Shown: positions 26,185-36,207 of the stretch, one piece after another
Position numbering within the stretch: position 1 is the stretch's first letter
Layout of the letters: every line of letters begins with the position of its first letter
Virus record (IMG/VR): IMGVR_UViG_3300043449_002292
Location: 32,001 to 96,000 of that record
DNA: 64,000 nucleotides
Strand: one strand, 5' to 3'
Origin: a virus
Translations under genes and position numbers: made by a program
The notes under the pieces: model-generated
The model's database searches: none
What the model saw: only the letters and a program-made list of their open reading frames with translations
What the model was told of the DNA's origin: nothing

Positions 26185-26562
26185 CTACCCGACTCCTACG
26201 AAGCCGTTTGAACCCGTGATGGTCAGGAAATTCCTGGTTGGAATGCCCGTGAGCCCCGCGATAACCGAATACGATATCGAGGCAGCGGTTGAGCTCGAGA
26301 GGAACAAGGTATCCGTTCTAATTTCACCAGTATAGCTGCTTCCCGACGGAACCGAGAAGTAGTTCGTTCCCTTGACGCCAGCTTCAGTAAACCCAAACCT
26401 GAGTGTCAATGAGCTGTTATTCTGTATCGTGAAGAAGCGGGTTACAAACGGGAAACTTACCTGGTTCACAGTCGTAACCGTCGAAGACGTTACGAATGGA
26501 ACTGCCGAAACCTGATAGGCTGGGACGAAACCCTCATGCATCGATGGATTATTCAAGCTCAT
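26185..26562 (-). CDS. Small beta-rich virion protein
   Basis: AYQVSAVPFVTSS...FPFVTRF; ATATTTA at 26579-26585. Confidence 0.7.
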   Translation of the reverse strand: MSLNNPSMHEGFVPAYQVSAVPFVTSSTVTTVNQVSFPFVTRFFTIQNNSSLTLRFGFTEAGVKGTNYFSVPSGSSYTGEIRTDTLFLSSSTAASISYSVIAGLTGIPTRNFLTITGSNGFVGVG

Positions 26563-26609
26563 GACATCTCACTGAGCTTAAATATCACGCGCGTACAAAG
26601 CTGACAGTC

Positions 26610-27446
26610 TTATTTGGCTGGTAAAGCAAGCAAAGCTGACCAGACGGAACTGTCCTGGGCTGCTACCCTGCTCTTAGCATCCGCTTCAGAGACCTTCAGG
26701 GCTGCTGCGAGAGCTGCGATGCTCTTCGGACCGATAGCACCATCGATCTTGCCGATATCAAAGCCTGCCCTGCAGAGGAGAGCCTGCGTCACCGCTGGGA
26801 AACTCTGAAGATCCCCGTGACCTACAAGAAGGGCACCGCAGAGAGCAGCTTGCTCATAACCGAGACGATCGAGGACGCCTTTGAGTTCGCCCCAGAAATC
26901 GAAGTGCCATGACTCCTTAGCGCTCTCATCCGCTAGCTTGATGACGGGAGACCATCCGAGTGGAATCGCAATCTCCCAAAGCTTGTCAAGCTGCTTGTTC
27001 GCCGGCACACCCGGAAACTTGAGCTCTGAGAGGTGCACGTCGATGCTGCGACCCGCATTATGACCAGAACGACCTGAAAGCGCGACGAACGCATTCTTCA
27101 TGGTCGCTGCGTTCCACTTGGAAGATCCGACCGCCGGTTTGCCAGCGTTCACCCAGTTGTCGTATTTTTCCCTCGCGGTCCGCTGGACTGAAACATCACG
27201 GTGGCATTCCGTAACTCGAAAGTCACCGCCCGCTGCTGCGACCGCATCAGATAGAGACTTCAGGGCAGGTGCCATCTCGGGATGAGCGACACCAGCCTTG
27301 CCGAGCTTCGCAAGCGAAATTAAGTTCGACCTGGGACCACCTGTCCCGCCAGACTTGTTGTATGACGAAGCGATCGAGGAATCAACCGGAACGAGCTTTA
27401 CTGGTGTCATGTTGCTACCCTGCATGGGGAATTGTTGTGCCCCCAC
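26610..27446 (-). CDS. Endolysin: M15 zinc peptidase plus peptidoglycan-binding domain
   Basis: R...Q, SGHNAGRSID, ESWHFD; C-terminal GFDIGKIDGAIGPKS; ATATTTA at 27454-27460; true start may be 27410. Confidence 0.8.
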   Translation of the reverse strand: MGAQQFPMQGSNMTPVKLVPVDSSIASSYNKSGGTGGPRSNLISLAKLGKAGVAHPEMAPALKSLSDAVAAAGGDFRVTECHRDVSVQRTAREKYDNWVNAGKPAVGSSKWNAATMKNAFVALSGRSGHNAGRSIDVHLSELKFPGVPANKQLDKLWEIAIPLGWSPVIKLADESAKESWHFDFWGELKGVLDRLGYEQAALCGALLVGHGDLQSFPAVTQALLCRAGFDIGKIDGAIGPKSIAALAAALKVSEADAKSRVAAQDSSVWSALLALPAK

Positions 27447-27499
27447 TCATGCTTAAATATGCCAGAGCTCGAACGATTACAACATCTTAGCGTCGAGAC

Positions 27500-28132
27500 C
27501 TAGTATCCGAACGCCTCAATCGTATGCTGAAACGGCTTACCCTCGATCTCTCGAACCTGCTGCAGCATCTCCTCCGCTAGCCAGCAGATCTCGCGTTGAG
27601 CGTCTGGCTTCATTCGAAGTCCGAGGAAATGGTTGAAAGATCGCCAGTTGAACATCACGTCCATGGTGATCTGGTTGCCGTATGGAAGGTAGAAGCGTGC
27701 TGATTCTTTGGCTCGCTTTCGATCCATTCCCCCGTCAACAAGCCTCTGCAAGGTCTCATGGTAGCGCATGATCGCGTCTTCCATAAATGCGATATACCTT
27801 GACTGCTCCTCGATCGACCAATCCTTTGGCAGGTAGTACTTGTCATCCTTCAGCTCCTTGTACCGAGCCGACTCGGCATTGATCGAGACCCCGATACGAT
27901 GCTTGAGGAGCTGGACATGGACGCTTGTATCCACTGTTACTAGGAATTGCAGGCTCGACTTTTCAAAAACCGTGTGATGGCCCTGCTCCGCAAGCATTTT
28001 TAGAAGTTGCGGAATTCTGTTACGCTTATCATTGGTAATTTCTCGTGATGTCGACGTCCACGCAGACAATGCGTGCGTTTCGTCTGATCCGTACCACCCA
28101 GTAAGCTGAACCTTGTTATCCTGAAATGACAT
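27500..28132 (-). CDS. thyX: Flavin-dependent thymidylate synthase
   Basis: GHHTVFE, KHRIGVSINAESARY, AKESARFYLP, NWRSFNHFLGLR..DAQREI. Confidence 0.93.
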   Translation of the reverse strand: MSFQDNKVQLTGWYGSDETHALSAWTSTSREITNDKRNRIPQLLKMLAEQGHHTVFEKSSLQFLVTVDTSVHVQLLKHRIGVSINAESARYKELKDDKYYLPKDWSIEEQSRYIAFMEDAIMRYHETLQRLVDGGMDRKRAKESARFYLPYGNQITMDVMFNWRSFNHFLGLRMKPDAQREICWLAEEMLQQVREIEGKPFQHTIEAFGY

Positions 28133-28337
28133 TTCTCAATCTCTCCCTGATGTATTTGTCCCAGGTGATTTCAAATCCCCACTGCACCAGCATGAGAGTG
28201 GGTCCGATGACGATGGTGATTCCTGCGGATTTTGTGACCTCACCAGTGAATGCGAATGCAATCAGAAATCCGCATGACATCGAGAGCACTCGCCAAGCAA
28301 TCACCTTGGCGAGCAGCTCAAGCTTCGCTGGTTTCAC
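28116..28337 (-). CDS. Small membrane protein (DUF2061-like)
   Basis: KVIAWRVLS..., two hydrophobic segments, FEITW. Confidence 0.55.
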   Translation of the reverse strand: MKPAKLELLAKVIAWRVLSMSCGFLIAFAFTGEVTKSAGITIVIGPTLMLVQWGFEITWDKYIRERLRNVISG

Positions 28338-29368
28338 ATAGCCACGCAGACTGTCTCAAGCAAAAGGCGGGTAACGACGTATGGATCGACGTTAGCACAG
28401 GGTCGACGATCCTCGAGGTATCCGCAGCCCTCCTGCGCGACGTGCAAGGGAATCCGAATCGAAGCACCTCGATCGCTCACACCCCATCGAAACTCTCGGT
28501 AGGAGCACGTCTCGTGGTGACCAGTGAGACGAAGCTCAATACCGTGACCGTAGTGAGAAATGTGATGCTCATGGCGAGCGCTAAGCCGTTCGCAAGCTTC
28601 CTTGATCGCATGGATTCCTTCGGGTTCACGCATCCTCTTCGTTGAGAAATTGGTATGGGCACCTGCACCGTTGAGCTCTGCTACAGGCTTCGGATCGAGC
28701 TTCACGGTAATCCCGTGCTTCTCACCAATCCGGTAGAGAAGCCAACGAGCAAAGATGAGGTGATCGGAGACTGTAAGAGCGTCCGCAGTTCCAACCTGGA
28801 ACTCCCACTGGCCGGGCATCACCTCAGCGTTGATTCCGCAGAGTAGGATCCGGGAGTCGAGGCAAGCGGCCATGTGTTCCTCGACAAGCTCACGACCGAA
28901 GACCTCATCGCTTCCGACACCACAGTAGAATGGACCCTGCTGAGGTGGGTATCCACCCGTAGGCCAGCCGAGGGGTCGACCGTCCTTGAACATCGTGTAT
29001 TCCTGCTCGATTCCGAACAGAGGCTCGTGCTCGAGTGTTCTCGCCATGACTTCACGAAGCTTACTGCGAGTATTAGACTCATGAGGCTGCCCATCGGCAG
29101 TAAACACTTCACAAAGAACAAGAATGTGAACTCTCTCGTGATTCTTATCCCGAGTGGGATCGAGTATAAAATGAGCTGGAATCAGGACACAATCGCTCTT
29201 GTCTCCTGTCGCCTGCCCAGTAGAAGATCCATCGAAAGTCCAACGAGGAACATCCTCAATTCCAAAGGGCTTGCTGGAATTATCGTATTGAAAAACTTTA
29301 GTCTTGCTTCGGAGCTTATGGGTTGGCTGGCTTCCATCCTGCCAGATGTATTCGGCAACGATGTTCAT
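28334..29368 (-). CDS. glnII: Glutamine synthetase type II
   Basis: AEYIW, LRSKT, WTFDGSSTGQA, GIEQEY, NAEVMPGQWEFQ, NGAGAH, RLTGHHET, YLEDRRP. Confidence 0.95.
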   Translation of the reverse strand: MNIVAEYIWQDGSQPTHKLRSKTKVFQYDNSSKPFGIEDVPRWTFDGSSTGQATGDKSDCVLIPAHFILDPTRDKNHERVHILVLCEVFTADGQPHESNTRSKLREVMARTLEHEPLFGIEQEYTMFKDGRPLGWPTGGYPPQQGPFYCGVGSDEVFGRELVEEHMAACLDSRILLCGINAEVMPGQWEFQVGTADALTVSDHLIFARWLLYRIGEKHGITVKLDPKPVAELNGAGAHTNFSTKRMREPEGIHAIKEACERLSARHEHHISHYGHGIELRLTGHHETCSYREFRWGVSDRGASIRIPLHVAQEGCGYLEDRRPCANVDPYVVTRLLLETVCVAM

Positions 29369-29373
29369 GACGG

Positions 29374-29976
29374 TTAGTCCAACGTGTACTTGAGGTCAAT
29401 CTTGCAGGTGAGGGTCGGAAGACGGAGCTCATTCGCAAGGTTGTGATTCTTCGCGTCCTGGGCATCGAGATACCAATCCGCGTGACCCTTCTCGTGAACC
29501 ATCTTCAGGAAGTAATCCGAGGGCTTACCGCAGTTACGGGCCATCATCTCGTAGACCTTCTTGTTCAGTCGATCGACCTCCTTCGCGTCGGCCTTGATCT
29601 CCTCGACCTTTCCGAAAGCGCCGGAAGAGACATCATGGATCATGAGGGTCGCGTCAGGGTCCATGTAGCGCATTCCCTCAGCGCCGAAGCTGAAGAGGAT
29701 AGCTCCACAGCTCATTGCCTTTCCCTCGACAATCGTCGCTACAGGAATCTTGGAGGCCCGGATCGAAGAGATCATCGACATAAGGGAGTAGACCTGACCG
29801 CCGTAGCTGTCGATCACCACCGGGATTACCGACTGACCGGTGTTCTGGGCTCGGCTCATTGCGTCCATGAACTCCTTCGCGGAGTCCTCATCGAACTTGT
29901 TGACTCGAATGATGATCGGGTCAACCCGAAGTTCCACTGCCTTGATGTGCTGAGAGACATCTGCGATAAAATTCAC
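29374..29976 (-). CDS. clpP: ClpP-like serine protease subunit
   Basis: IDSYGG, GKAMSCG (Ser), LMIHD (His), DWYL (Asp); start probably GTG near 29976. Confidence 0.88.
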   Translation of the reverse strand: MNFIADVSQHIKAVELRVDPIIIRVNKFDEDSAKEFMDAMSRAQNTGQSVIPVVIDSYGGQVYSLMSMISSIRASKIPVATIVEGKAMSCGAILFSFGAEGMRYMDPDATLMIHDVSSGAFGKVEEIKADAKEVDRLNKKVYEMMARNCGKPSDYFLKMVHEKGHADWYLDAQDAKNHNLANELRLPTLTCKIDLKYTLD

Positions 29977-30052
29977 TGCATACCCCACTTGTGTGATGTT
30001 ACTGATTATTTTTTCGATCTCTTCCTCGGAGTCATTCCGCTTCAGCCTGGCG

Positions 30053-32542
30053 CTACCCACACTTCGCGAAACCGCAGCTTCCACAGGAGAGGCAACCTTC
30101 CTGGTAGATGAGCTCCGAATTTCCACACTGTGGGCACCCTTTTTCAGTTGACTTAGTGCCATCCTTGATATACCCCTTTAAAACCCTTGCAATCACCCTA
30201 GCATATGAAAACATATCGCTATTCTTATCCTTTTGCAACTGCTCCACAACATAATGGAGCGGAACCTCATGACGTAGGGCGAGTGAGATCGTCCTCGTAA
30301 AGGCTCCCTGCGTTGGGTTGTCAAAAAGGTTCACGACGTCCTTGAAGATGAGATTATCGTCATCTCCGACAGGAACAACGAGATTGTAGGTTGCGACGCC
30401 ATCACGCTTACCATTCTTGACGAGTGAGCCAGACTTGTACTTCTTTGGGATCTCGATGTTCTCCGGAATCCCGCAGAAGACCTCATACGGCTTACCCTCA
30501 TTGAGTCCGATCAGGACGAGCCAAGATTCGGTGACGTCACCGTTACGAACTGTCGCACGATGTATGTCACAATCAAGAGACTTCGGACGCTTCGGGATGA
30601 GGCGACCGTCCTCACCCTTCTTTTCCTTCTTCGGTTCATCAACCTGAACAAGAACGCCCGTCCTGCAACCATCGCGATAGACCGTGAAGCCCTTACATCC
30701 CATCTTCCATGCCTTCAGATAGACATCGTTCACGATCTCGCGGGTGGCAGAGTTGGGTAGGTTGCATGTCTTAGAGATCGAGTGATCGATCCACCTCTGG
30801 GCTGCAGCCTGAATCTCAACCGACTTCGTCCAGTCGATGTCATTCGCAGTTCCACCCCAGTATGGGCTCTCCTTCGGGTCGGTCTTACCAGTGATATCCA
30901 TCCACTTCTTGAACCAGTGGTGGTAGACCGTATACTCCTGCCACTTGTCGCCCATCGGATCGACAAAGTCAACCCTGGAAGTGAGATCACCCTGTGTGAT
31001 CTTGCGACGGCGCTTGTAGGAGAGGAGGAATGCGGGTTCGATGCCGGATGTCGTCCGAGTGAGACATGAAACCGAGCCGACTGGTGCCGTGGTGGTAAGC
31101 GCGATGTTACGACGACCCGTGGTCCTCCACATGTCCATAGCATCTTCTTCGCAGGCAGAAATTACCTTTCTGAGATATTTGTGACTCTTTTCCTTCTCGT
31201 AGTCCCATACCGGGAAGGCGCCTCTCTCCTTCGCCATGATAAGTGACGACGTGTGTGCACCGATGGCAAGCTCCTTGTAGATCGACTCTGTGATCTCAAT
31301 TGAGCGACTGTCTCCGTAGCGCACATTTAACGCGGCGAGCGCGTCTCCGAGACCAGTGATGCCAAGACCGGTGCGACGACCGTTGAGTCCTGCAGCTCGG
31401 ATCTTCTGCCAGAGATCAATCTCAATCTGCTTGACATTTGCAGGCTCCTTGTCATTGCGGATCTTCTCAAGAATCCGATCGACACATTCAACCTCGAGAT
31501 CAACGAGATCATCCATCAGGCGCTGTGCCTTCATGACAACCTCATTGAAAAAGTCGAAGTCGAACCTTGCGTCATCAGTGAATGGGTCCCTCACGAATGA
31601 TGTGAGATTGACCACCATCAGACGGCAGGAGTCGTATGGGCTTAGCGGGATCTCACCGCATGGATTGGTGGAGATTGTCTTGTAACCGACATCGCGGTAG
31701 CAATCCACGATACCCTGATCTACCACCGTATCCCAGAAGAGCGCGCCGGGCTCAGCGGAAGCCCATGCAGCATCCACAAACTTATTCCAGACCTGCTTCG
31801 CGTCGACCATCTTGACGATCTCCGCGTCCTCGGGGTGTGCCTCGACCGGCCAGCGAAGGCAGAACCCGACGTTGCTCTCCACTGCCTGCATGAACTCATC
31901 GGTGAAGCGGATGGAGATATTGGCACCGGTCACCTTCTTCAGGTCACGCTTGATATCGATGAAGGTCTCGATCTCCGGGTGCCGGCAGTCGATGGTGAGC
32001 ATGAGAGCACCACGTCGCCCGCCCTGCGCAACCTCACGGCAGGAGTTGGAGAAGCGCTCCATGAAGACGCCGATGCCATCTGTCGTCCGGGCAGCGTTGG
32101 AGGTCGGCTGGCCCTTCGGGCGGATGGTCGAGATGTCAAACCCGACACCCCCACGCCTCTTCATGATCTGGACCTGCTCCTGATCCGTGAAGAGGATCCC
32201 GGCGTAGCTGTCATGCGGCTGGTCAATCACGAAACAGTTCGAGAGCGACTGGAGCTGGTGCGGGTTTCCGATCCCAGACATTGGGGAGCCCTGCGGGACG
32301 ACATCAGCAAAATTCTTCAGCAGATCATAGATCTCATCCTCACCCATCGGATTTGGATACTTCGACTCGATTCGAGCAAACTCACGTGCGAGCCGACGGT
32401 GCATCATGTCAGGATCTACCTCAAGGATGTTATCATCCTTGTCACGCAGGGCGTATTTCATAAAAACATCTGGGGCCAGATCATCATTCTCGAAATAAGC
32501 CGTCGTCCTCTCGAGGACCTCACCCTTGCTGAAAGACATCAT
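30053..32542 (-). CDS. nrdJ: Class II (B12-dependent) ribonucleotide reductase
   Basis: SNCF, RRGALM, TNPCGE, TTAPVGS, SKTCN, TVYRDG; C-terminal CPQC...CGSC. Confidence 0.93.
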   Translation of the reverse strand: MMSFSKGEVLERTTAYFENDDLAPDVFMKYALRDKDDNILEVDPDMMHRRLAREFARIESKYPNPMGEDEIYDLLKNFADVVPQGSPMSGIGNPHQLQSLSNCFVIDQPHDSYAGILFTDQEQVQIMKRRGGVGFDISTIRPKGQPTSNAARTTDGIGVFMERFSNSCREVAQGGRRGALMLTIDCRHPEIETFIDIKRDLKKVTGANISIRFTDEFMQAVESNVGFCLRWPVEAHPEDAEIVKMVDAKQVWNKFVDAAWASAEPGALFWDTVVDQGIVDCYRDVGYKTISTNPCGEIPLSPYDSCRLMVVNLTSFVRDPFTDDARFDFDFFNEVVMKAQRLMDDLVDLEVECVDRILEKIRNDKEPANVKQIEIDLWQKIRAAGLNGRRTGLGITGLGDALAALNVRYGDSRSIEITESIYKELAIGAHTSSLIMAKERGAFPVWDYEKEKSHKYLRKVISACEEDAMDMWRTTGRRNIALTTTAPVGSVSCLTRTTSGIEPAFLLSYKRRRKITQGDLTSRVDFVDPMGDKWQEYTVYHHWFKKWMDITGKTDPKESPYWGGTANDIDWTKSVEIQAAAQRWIDHSISKTCNLPNSATREIVNDVYLKAWKMGCKGFTVYRDGCRTGVLVQVDEPKKEKKGEDGRLIPKRPKSLDCDIHRATVRNGDVTESWLVLIGLNEGKPYEVFCGIPENIEIPKKYKSGSLVKNGKRDGVATYNLVVPVGDDDNLIFKDVVNLFDNPTQGAFTRTISLALRHEVPLHYVVEQLQKDKNSDMFSYARVIARVLKGYIKDGTKSTEKGCPQCGNSELIYQEGCLSCGSCGFAKCG

Positions 32543-32548
32543 TACTCC

Positions 32549-33940
32549 TTACTTGCTGCCGGTCACTTCCTGCCACTTCTTACGCAGGAGTTTCTTGGCG
32601 TCGTTGTTGTCTTGCGTCATCGATTCCTGCAGCGTCAAGCTGTTCTCATCAAGAATTTTAATCCTAGACTGCGAGGTGTCGATGTGAATAGGAAAAAGAA
32701 TCCCATCCCGCCCGGCTCGGTTCTTTGCCACGAAAAGCCGACCAGAGCCGTCAGCTTTTTCGCTGGGCTTTCTTGAGAGCGAGACGACGACATCGGCGAC
32801 CATCGCCTTACCGTAGGCCTCGCTCATGTTCTCAAGCCCAACAACATCAGAAGAGGATGCCTCTCGATTTGCCTGGGATGCAGTCCAGATTGGGATGTTT
32901 AGCTCCATCGCGAGATTACGTAGCTCCTCGTAAACGAGCTTCAGCTCGTGACGGAGCGAGTCGAACGTTCTGGAAGATCGCATGATGTCTGCATAATCGA
33001 TCACAACGAGGCTCGGGACGAAACCCTTCAGGTTGAGCTTCTCGATGTGATTCCTGATCGTCTGCACCGTCGCGGTGCCCGTCGGATACTCCTTGATGAT
33101 GAGACGACCAAGGTCCATGTTCTTGTAGGTCGCGAGAACGTCCTCCTTCATATCAGGAACATCGTTCGACGGAATGCCGCAGAGGTTCGAGTCGTAGCGG
33201 AGGCCGACAGCCGTCTCGGTGAGTTCGAAGGTGTAATGGACGACGTTCTTTCCCATCTTGAGGGCATGCGCGCCCATCGCCGTGAGCCAGTGTGACTTAC
33301 CAACACCCGTCGGAGCGACAACAACGCCGAGCTCTCCACGCCCAAGCCCTCCACGCAGGATGTCCTTACCATCTAAAACCTCGAGACCCGTTGGACATGG
33401 ATTACGATTGATCTTCACGAAGCGCGCCTCGGCATCCTCGAAGAAATCGTGGCCCGTGGTGTTGGCCATACCGACGGAGACTGCCTTCTTCATGAGATCG
33501 ACGACAGACTCGAACTTGTCGGTTGCGACCATCTCGACCGCCTTCTCGAGAGCCTCACGGAAAGCCTGACGCTTGCAGAAATCGAGAGATTTCTCCTTCA
33601 CGTAGCCGAGGTCACCGGGATCGGGATTAGCCCGCATACGATGCAGGAAATCGATGATCTGATCCTTGAGGATCGCATCGGGCCCCTGCTGCAGGTCCTC
33701 CTTGATGATGGAGACGAGCAGCTGCATCGTTGGGAAGCACTTGAACTTCTCAAAATGCTTGAAGTAGCGATCCGTTAGGAACGCGAGGTACTTCAGGTCG
33801 AAGTAATCAGGTCGCATAACCTCAACCATCTGGGCAGCCCAGACGTGATCGGTCAGTAGACCCTGAAAAATCTTCTCCTGAAACGACTTACCGTACTGGC
33901 GAAATAGTGCCTCGCCAGCGTTAATCTCGTTGGACGTCAT
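32549..33940 (-). CDS. Replicative helicase (DnaB / T4 gp41-like)
   Basis: APTGVGKS, IDYAD, TASQANR, KNRAG. Confidence 0.93.
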   Translation of the reverse strand: MTSNEINAGEALFRQYGKSFQEKIFQGLLTDHVWAAQMVEVMRPDYFDLKYLAFLTDRYFKHFEKFKCFPTMQLLVSIIKEDLQQGPDAILKDQIIDFLHRMRANPDPGDLGYVKEKSLDFCKRQAFREALEKAVEMVATDKFESVVDLMKKAVSVGMANTTGHDFFEDAEARFVKINRNPCPTGLEVLDGKDILRGGLGRGELGVVVAPTGVGKSHWLTAMGAHALKMGKNVVHYTFELTETAVGLRYDSNLCGIPSNDVPDMKEDVLATYKNMDLGRLIIKEYPTGTATVQTIRNHIEKLNLKGFVPSLVVIDYADIMRSSRTFDSLRHELKLVYEELRNLAMELNIPIWTASQANREASSSDVVGLENMSEAYGKAMVADVVVSLSRKPSEKADGSGRLFVAKNRAGRDGILFPIHIDTSQSRIKILDENSLTLQESMTQDNNDAKKLLRKKWQEVTGSK

Positions 33941-33948
33941 GAGCTCTC

Positions 33949-34914
33949 TTAAATATGAAGAAGTTGATTCGTCAGCTGGAAGAAAGTTCGTTCGCGGTCG
34001 AAGTTATTGATTCCGGACTTGACCAGCAACCGAAGATAGTCCATTTTATTGGCCTCTGGCCTAAATGATTCGAGCCCGGAGTCGATTTTCCCAACTTGAT
34101 TTCCGGACAATGACGTAACATCGAGGTACATCAACTGCCAGTTGAGTCGTGCCTCAGCAGCTCCTTCAACGATATTCCTGAAGAGCTGCGGACCTTTCGG
34201 CGTCGCTCGTCCCTCCGCGAGCTTCACGATATCATCCGGGTGTAACGTATCATCCCCCGCGATCTCGGGAAATCTCTTCGCCATCGTCTTCCAGCCAGCG
34301 CCGTCTATACCGGGAATTCCATCCGAGCCGTCACCTACGAAGCAACGAGTCGCGATGAAGTTAGCCGCCGTGCACCCGAACCGCTCGACCACGTCAGGTG
34401 AGGATACGAACATCTTCGAGGTTGGGCTCCAGATCCTGACGCGATCATCAAGAAGCTGGTAATAGTCCTTGTCGGATGAGATGATGACACATGGATCCTC
34501 CTTCATCCGGTATCGAGCGATGTAACCGATAACGTCGTCCGCCTCACAGTCGGTGACATAACTCTGTTGGACTGGTAAGAGCTTCAGGATCTGCACAAGT
34601 GTGGCAACCTGCCAGTTCCTGTTCTGGACCGTATCGGGTATATCACCCTCATAGTAGCGATTAAGCTTTTGCGGCTTCCGTTTAGCCTTGTACTCTGAGA
34701 ATAGAGCTCGCCGCCTGGGAGAACCTCCGCCCTCCCAGACGACGATGATTCGCTTCGGCCCCAATGCCTCCGCTTTCGCACCGAGATCATTCAGGAATCC
34801 GACGATACCACCGACTGCCTGCCCATTTGCACCCAAAGTTGGATTTGCGCAGAAATGGCGCGTAAACAAATTGAGCCCGTCCGCCAGGACAATCGGCCTA
34901 CCCTTCAACATCAT
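33949..34914 (-). CDS. 5'-3' exonuclease / flap endonuclease (T4 RNase H-like)
   Basis: ADGLN, YKAKR, EADDVI, SSDKDYYQL, GDGSDGIPG. Confidence 0.92.
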   Translation of the reverse strand: MMLKGRPIVLADGLNLFTRHFCANPTLGANGQAVGGIVGFLNDLGAKAEALGPKRIIVVWEGGGSPRRRALFSEYKAKRKPQKLNRYYEGDIPDTVQNRNWQVATLVQILKLLPVQQSYVTDCEADDVIGYIARYRMKEDPCVIISSDKDYYQLLDDRVRIWSPTSKMFVSSPDVVERFGCTAANFIATRCFVGDGSDGIPGIDGAGWKTMAKRFPEIAGDDTLHPDDIVKLAEGRATPKGPQLFRNIVEGAAEARLNWQLMYLDVTSLSGNQVGKIDSGLESFRPEANKMDYLRLLVKSGINNFDRERTFFQLTNQLLHI

Positions 34915-36110
34915 GCCTCCGGGTCGATGTCAGCGCCGACCATCTGGTCCTTCAGCGCGCGCATCTCCTCGTATGACTCTGGATCGATATCAAGATCCGC
35001 CGTGCTCACCGAGGTGCGAATGAGTGCCTTCTCGAGGAGCCCATCGATCCATGGCTTGTACTGCGGATCCGCCCACATCTCACCGAAGTCGGACTTGTGG
35101 AACTTCTTCTCGATGATGTTCTCATTCTTCTCATTAACGACCCGCATCGTCTTCCAGGCGCCAGCGCCCTCAATCTCGACCTGATGGTCGTTCACCATGT
35201 CGGGACCGTGCTCGCGAAGGACATCGAAGACCTCCTCATGCTCCTCGATGCCCTTACCGAAGATGATCCGGAAATGGACCTTTCGGAAAGGAGGGGCGAC
35301 TTTGTTCTTGATCGTCTTCGCCCAGACGTTGATGCCAATCGCCTCACCCTGCTTGTTCTCGATGGGAGCGCCGGCACCGAGCTTGAGACGGACCGAGGCA
35401 TGGAACGGGATCGCCATGCCGCCGGGGGTCGTCGTTGGATCGCCATGCATGACGCCGATCTTCGTGCGGATCTGGTTTAGGATGACGAAGAGGACGTTCT
35501 GATCGCCGATGACGCCGGTGATCTTGCGCATGCCCTTCGAGATCGCTCGAGCCTGGAGACCGATCGTGTCCTTATCGTAGGCACCCTCGAGCTCAGCCTT
35601 CGGGGAGCTCGCTGCGACCGAGTCCCAAATGATCGTGATCGGAACATCCTTCGCCATCGCCTTTGCCTTCAGGATCGTCTTCTCGGCGATGTCAAGCACC
35701 TCCTCGGTGCAGTGAGTGTCGACGTAGACGAATCGCTTCGAGACGTCGACGCCGAGCGCCGCGAGATTCTCGACCGAGGTGCCGTTCTCGGTGTCGATGT
35801 AGACCACGATACCACCCATCGACTGGGTGGAACGGGCGATCTGCGTTGCGATGTGGCTCTTACCGATCGAGGGCGGACCGAAGATCTCAACAATTCGACC
35901 CTCCGGTAGTCCACCGTTCGCACGATTGGCGACGATTAGATCGAGCTGCTTCGAGCCGCTTGAGATCCAGCGCTTCACGTGAGTCGGTGACGTATCGACC
36001 GCCAAGTTGTAGGCGATCCGTGATCCATGATCCTTGTTGAGGGACGAGATGAGCTCACTGGTAAAATCATCAGCAGCCGTCTTCGCTGCTGCAGCATCCT
36101 TCTTTGCCAT
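34911..36110 (-). CDS. recA: RecA/UvsX recombinase
   Basis: GPPSIGKS, YIDTE, WDSVAA, NQIR.KIG, PGG.A..FHAS, KNKVAPPF. Confidence 0.95.
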   Translation of the reverse strand: MAKKDAAAAKTAADDFTSELISSLNKDHGSRIAYNLAVDTSPTHVKRWISSGSKQLDLIVANRANGGLPEGRIVEIFGPPSIGKSHIATQIARSTQSMGGIVVYIDTENGTSVENLAALGVDVSKRFVYVDTHCTEEVLDIAEKTILKAKAMAKDVPITIIWDSVAASSPKAELEGAYDKDTIGLQARAISKGMRKITGVIGDQNVLFVILNQIRTKIGVMHGDPTTTPGGMAIPFHASVRLKLGAGAPIENKQGEAIGINVWAKTIKNKVAPPFRKVHFRIIFGKGIEEHEEVFDVLREHGPDMVNDHQVEIEGAGAWKTMRVVNEKNENIIEKKFHKSDFGEMWADPQYKPWIDGLLEKALIRTSVSTADLDIDPESYEEMRALKDQMVGADIDPEA

Positions 36111-36125
36111 GTTGACTCCTTCGAT

Positions 36126-36154
36126 ATTCTAAATTGCTTACCTGAAATGTGCAA
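36126..36154 (-). promoter_or_regulatory. Sigma70-like promoter of recA
   Basis: TTGCAC-17 nt-TAGAAT, then AAGGAG RBS. Confidence 0.6.
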
Positions 36155-36155
36155 A

Positions 36156-36183
36156 GGGCGGAGAGGTTTAACCCTTCCGCCCC
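36156..36183 (-). terminator. Hairpin/terminator after SSB
   Basis: gggcgga..ggtttaacc..tccgccc imperfect stem, TTT on the minus strand. Confidence 0.55.
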
Positions 36184-36207
36184 CGCATCAATCACCGGAC
36201 CCTGGAA

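Noticed and set aside
29977-30162. Long N-terminal extension of ClpP overlapping nrdJ by 110 nt
   Set aside because: It overlaps the NrdJ C-terminal zinc ribbon; a start near 29976 gives a normal-sized ClpP.
33950-33956. ATATTTA before the helicase as a late promoter
   Set aside because: It is formed by the last codons and stop of the upstream gene (CAT ATT TAA) and is probably coincidental.
11705-36110. Inteins or introns in DnaE, NrdJ, helicase or RecA
   Set aside because: Lengths are normal, and no C/S...HN splice motifs, LAGLIDADG blocks or frame breaks were seen.
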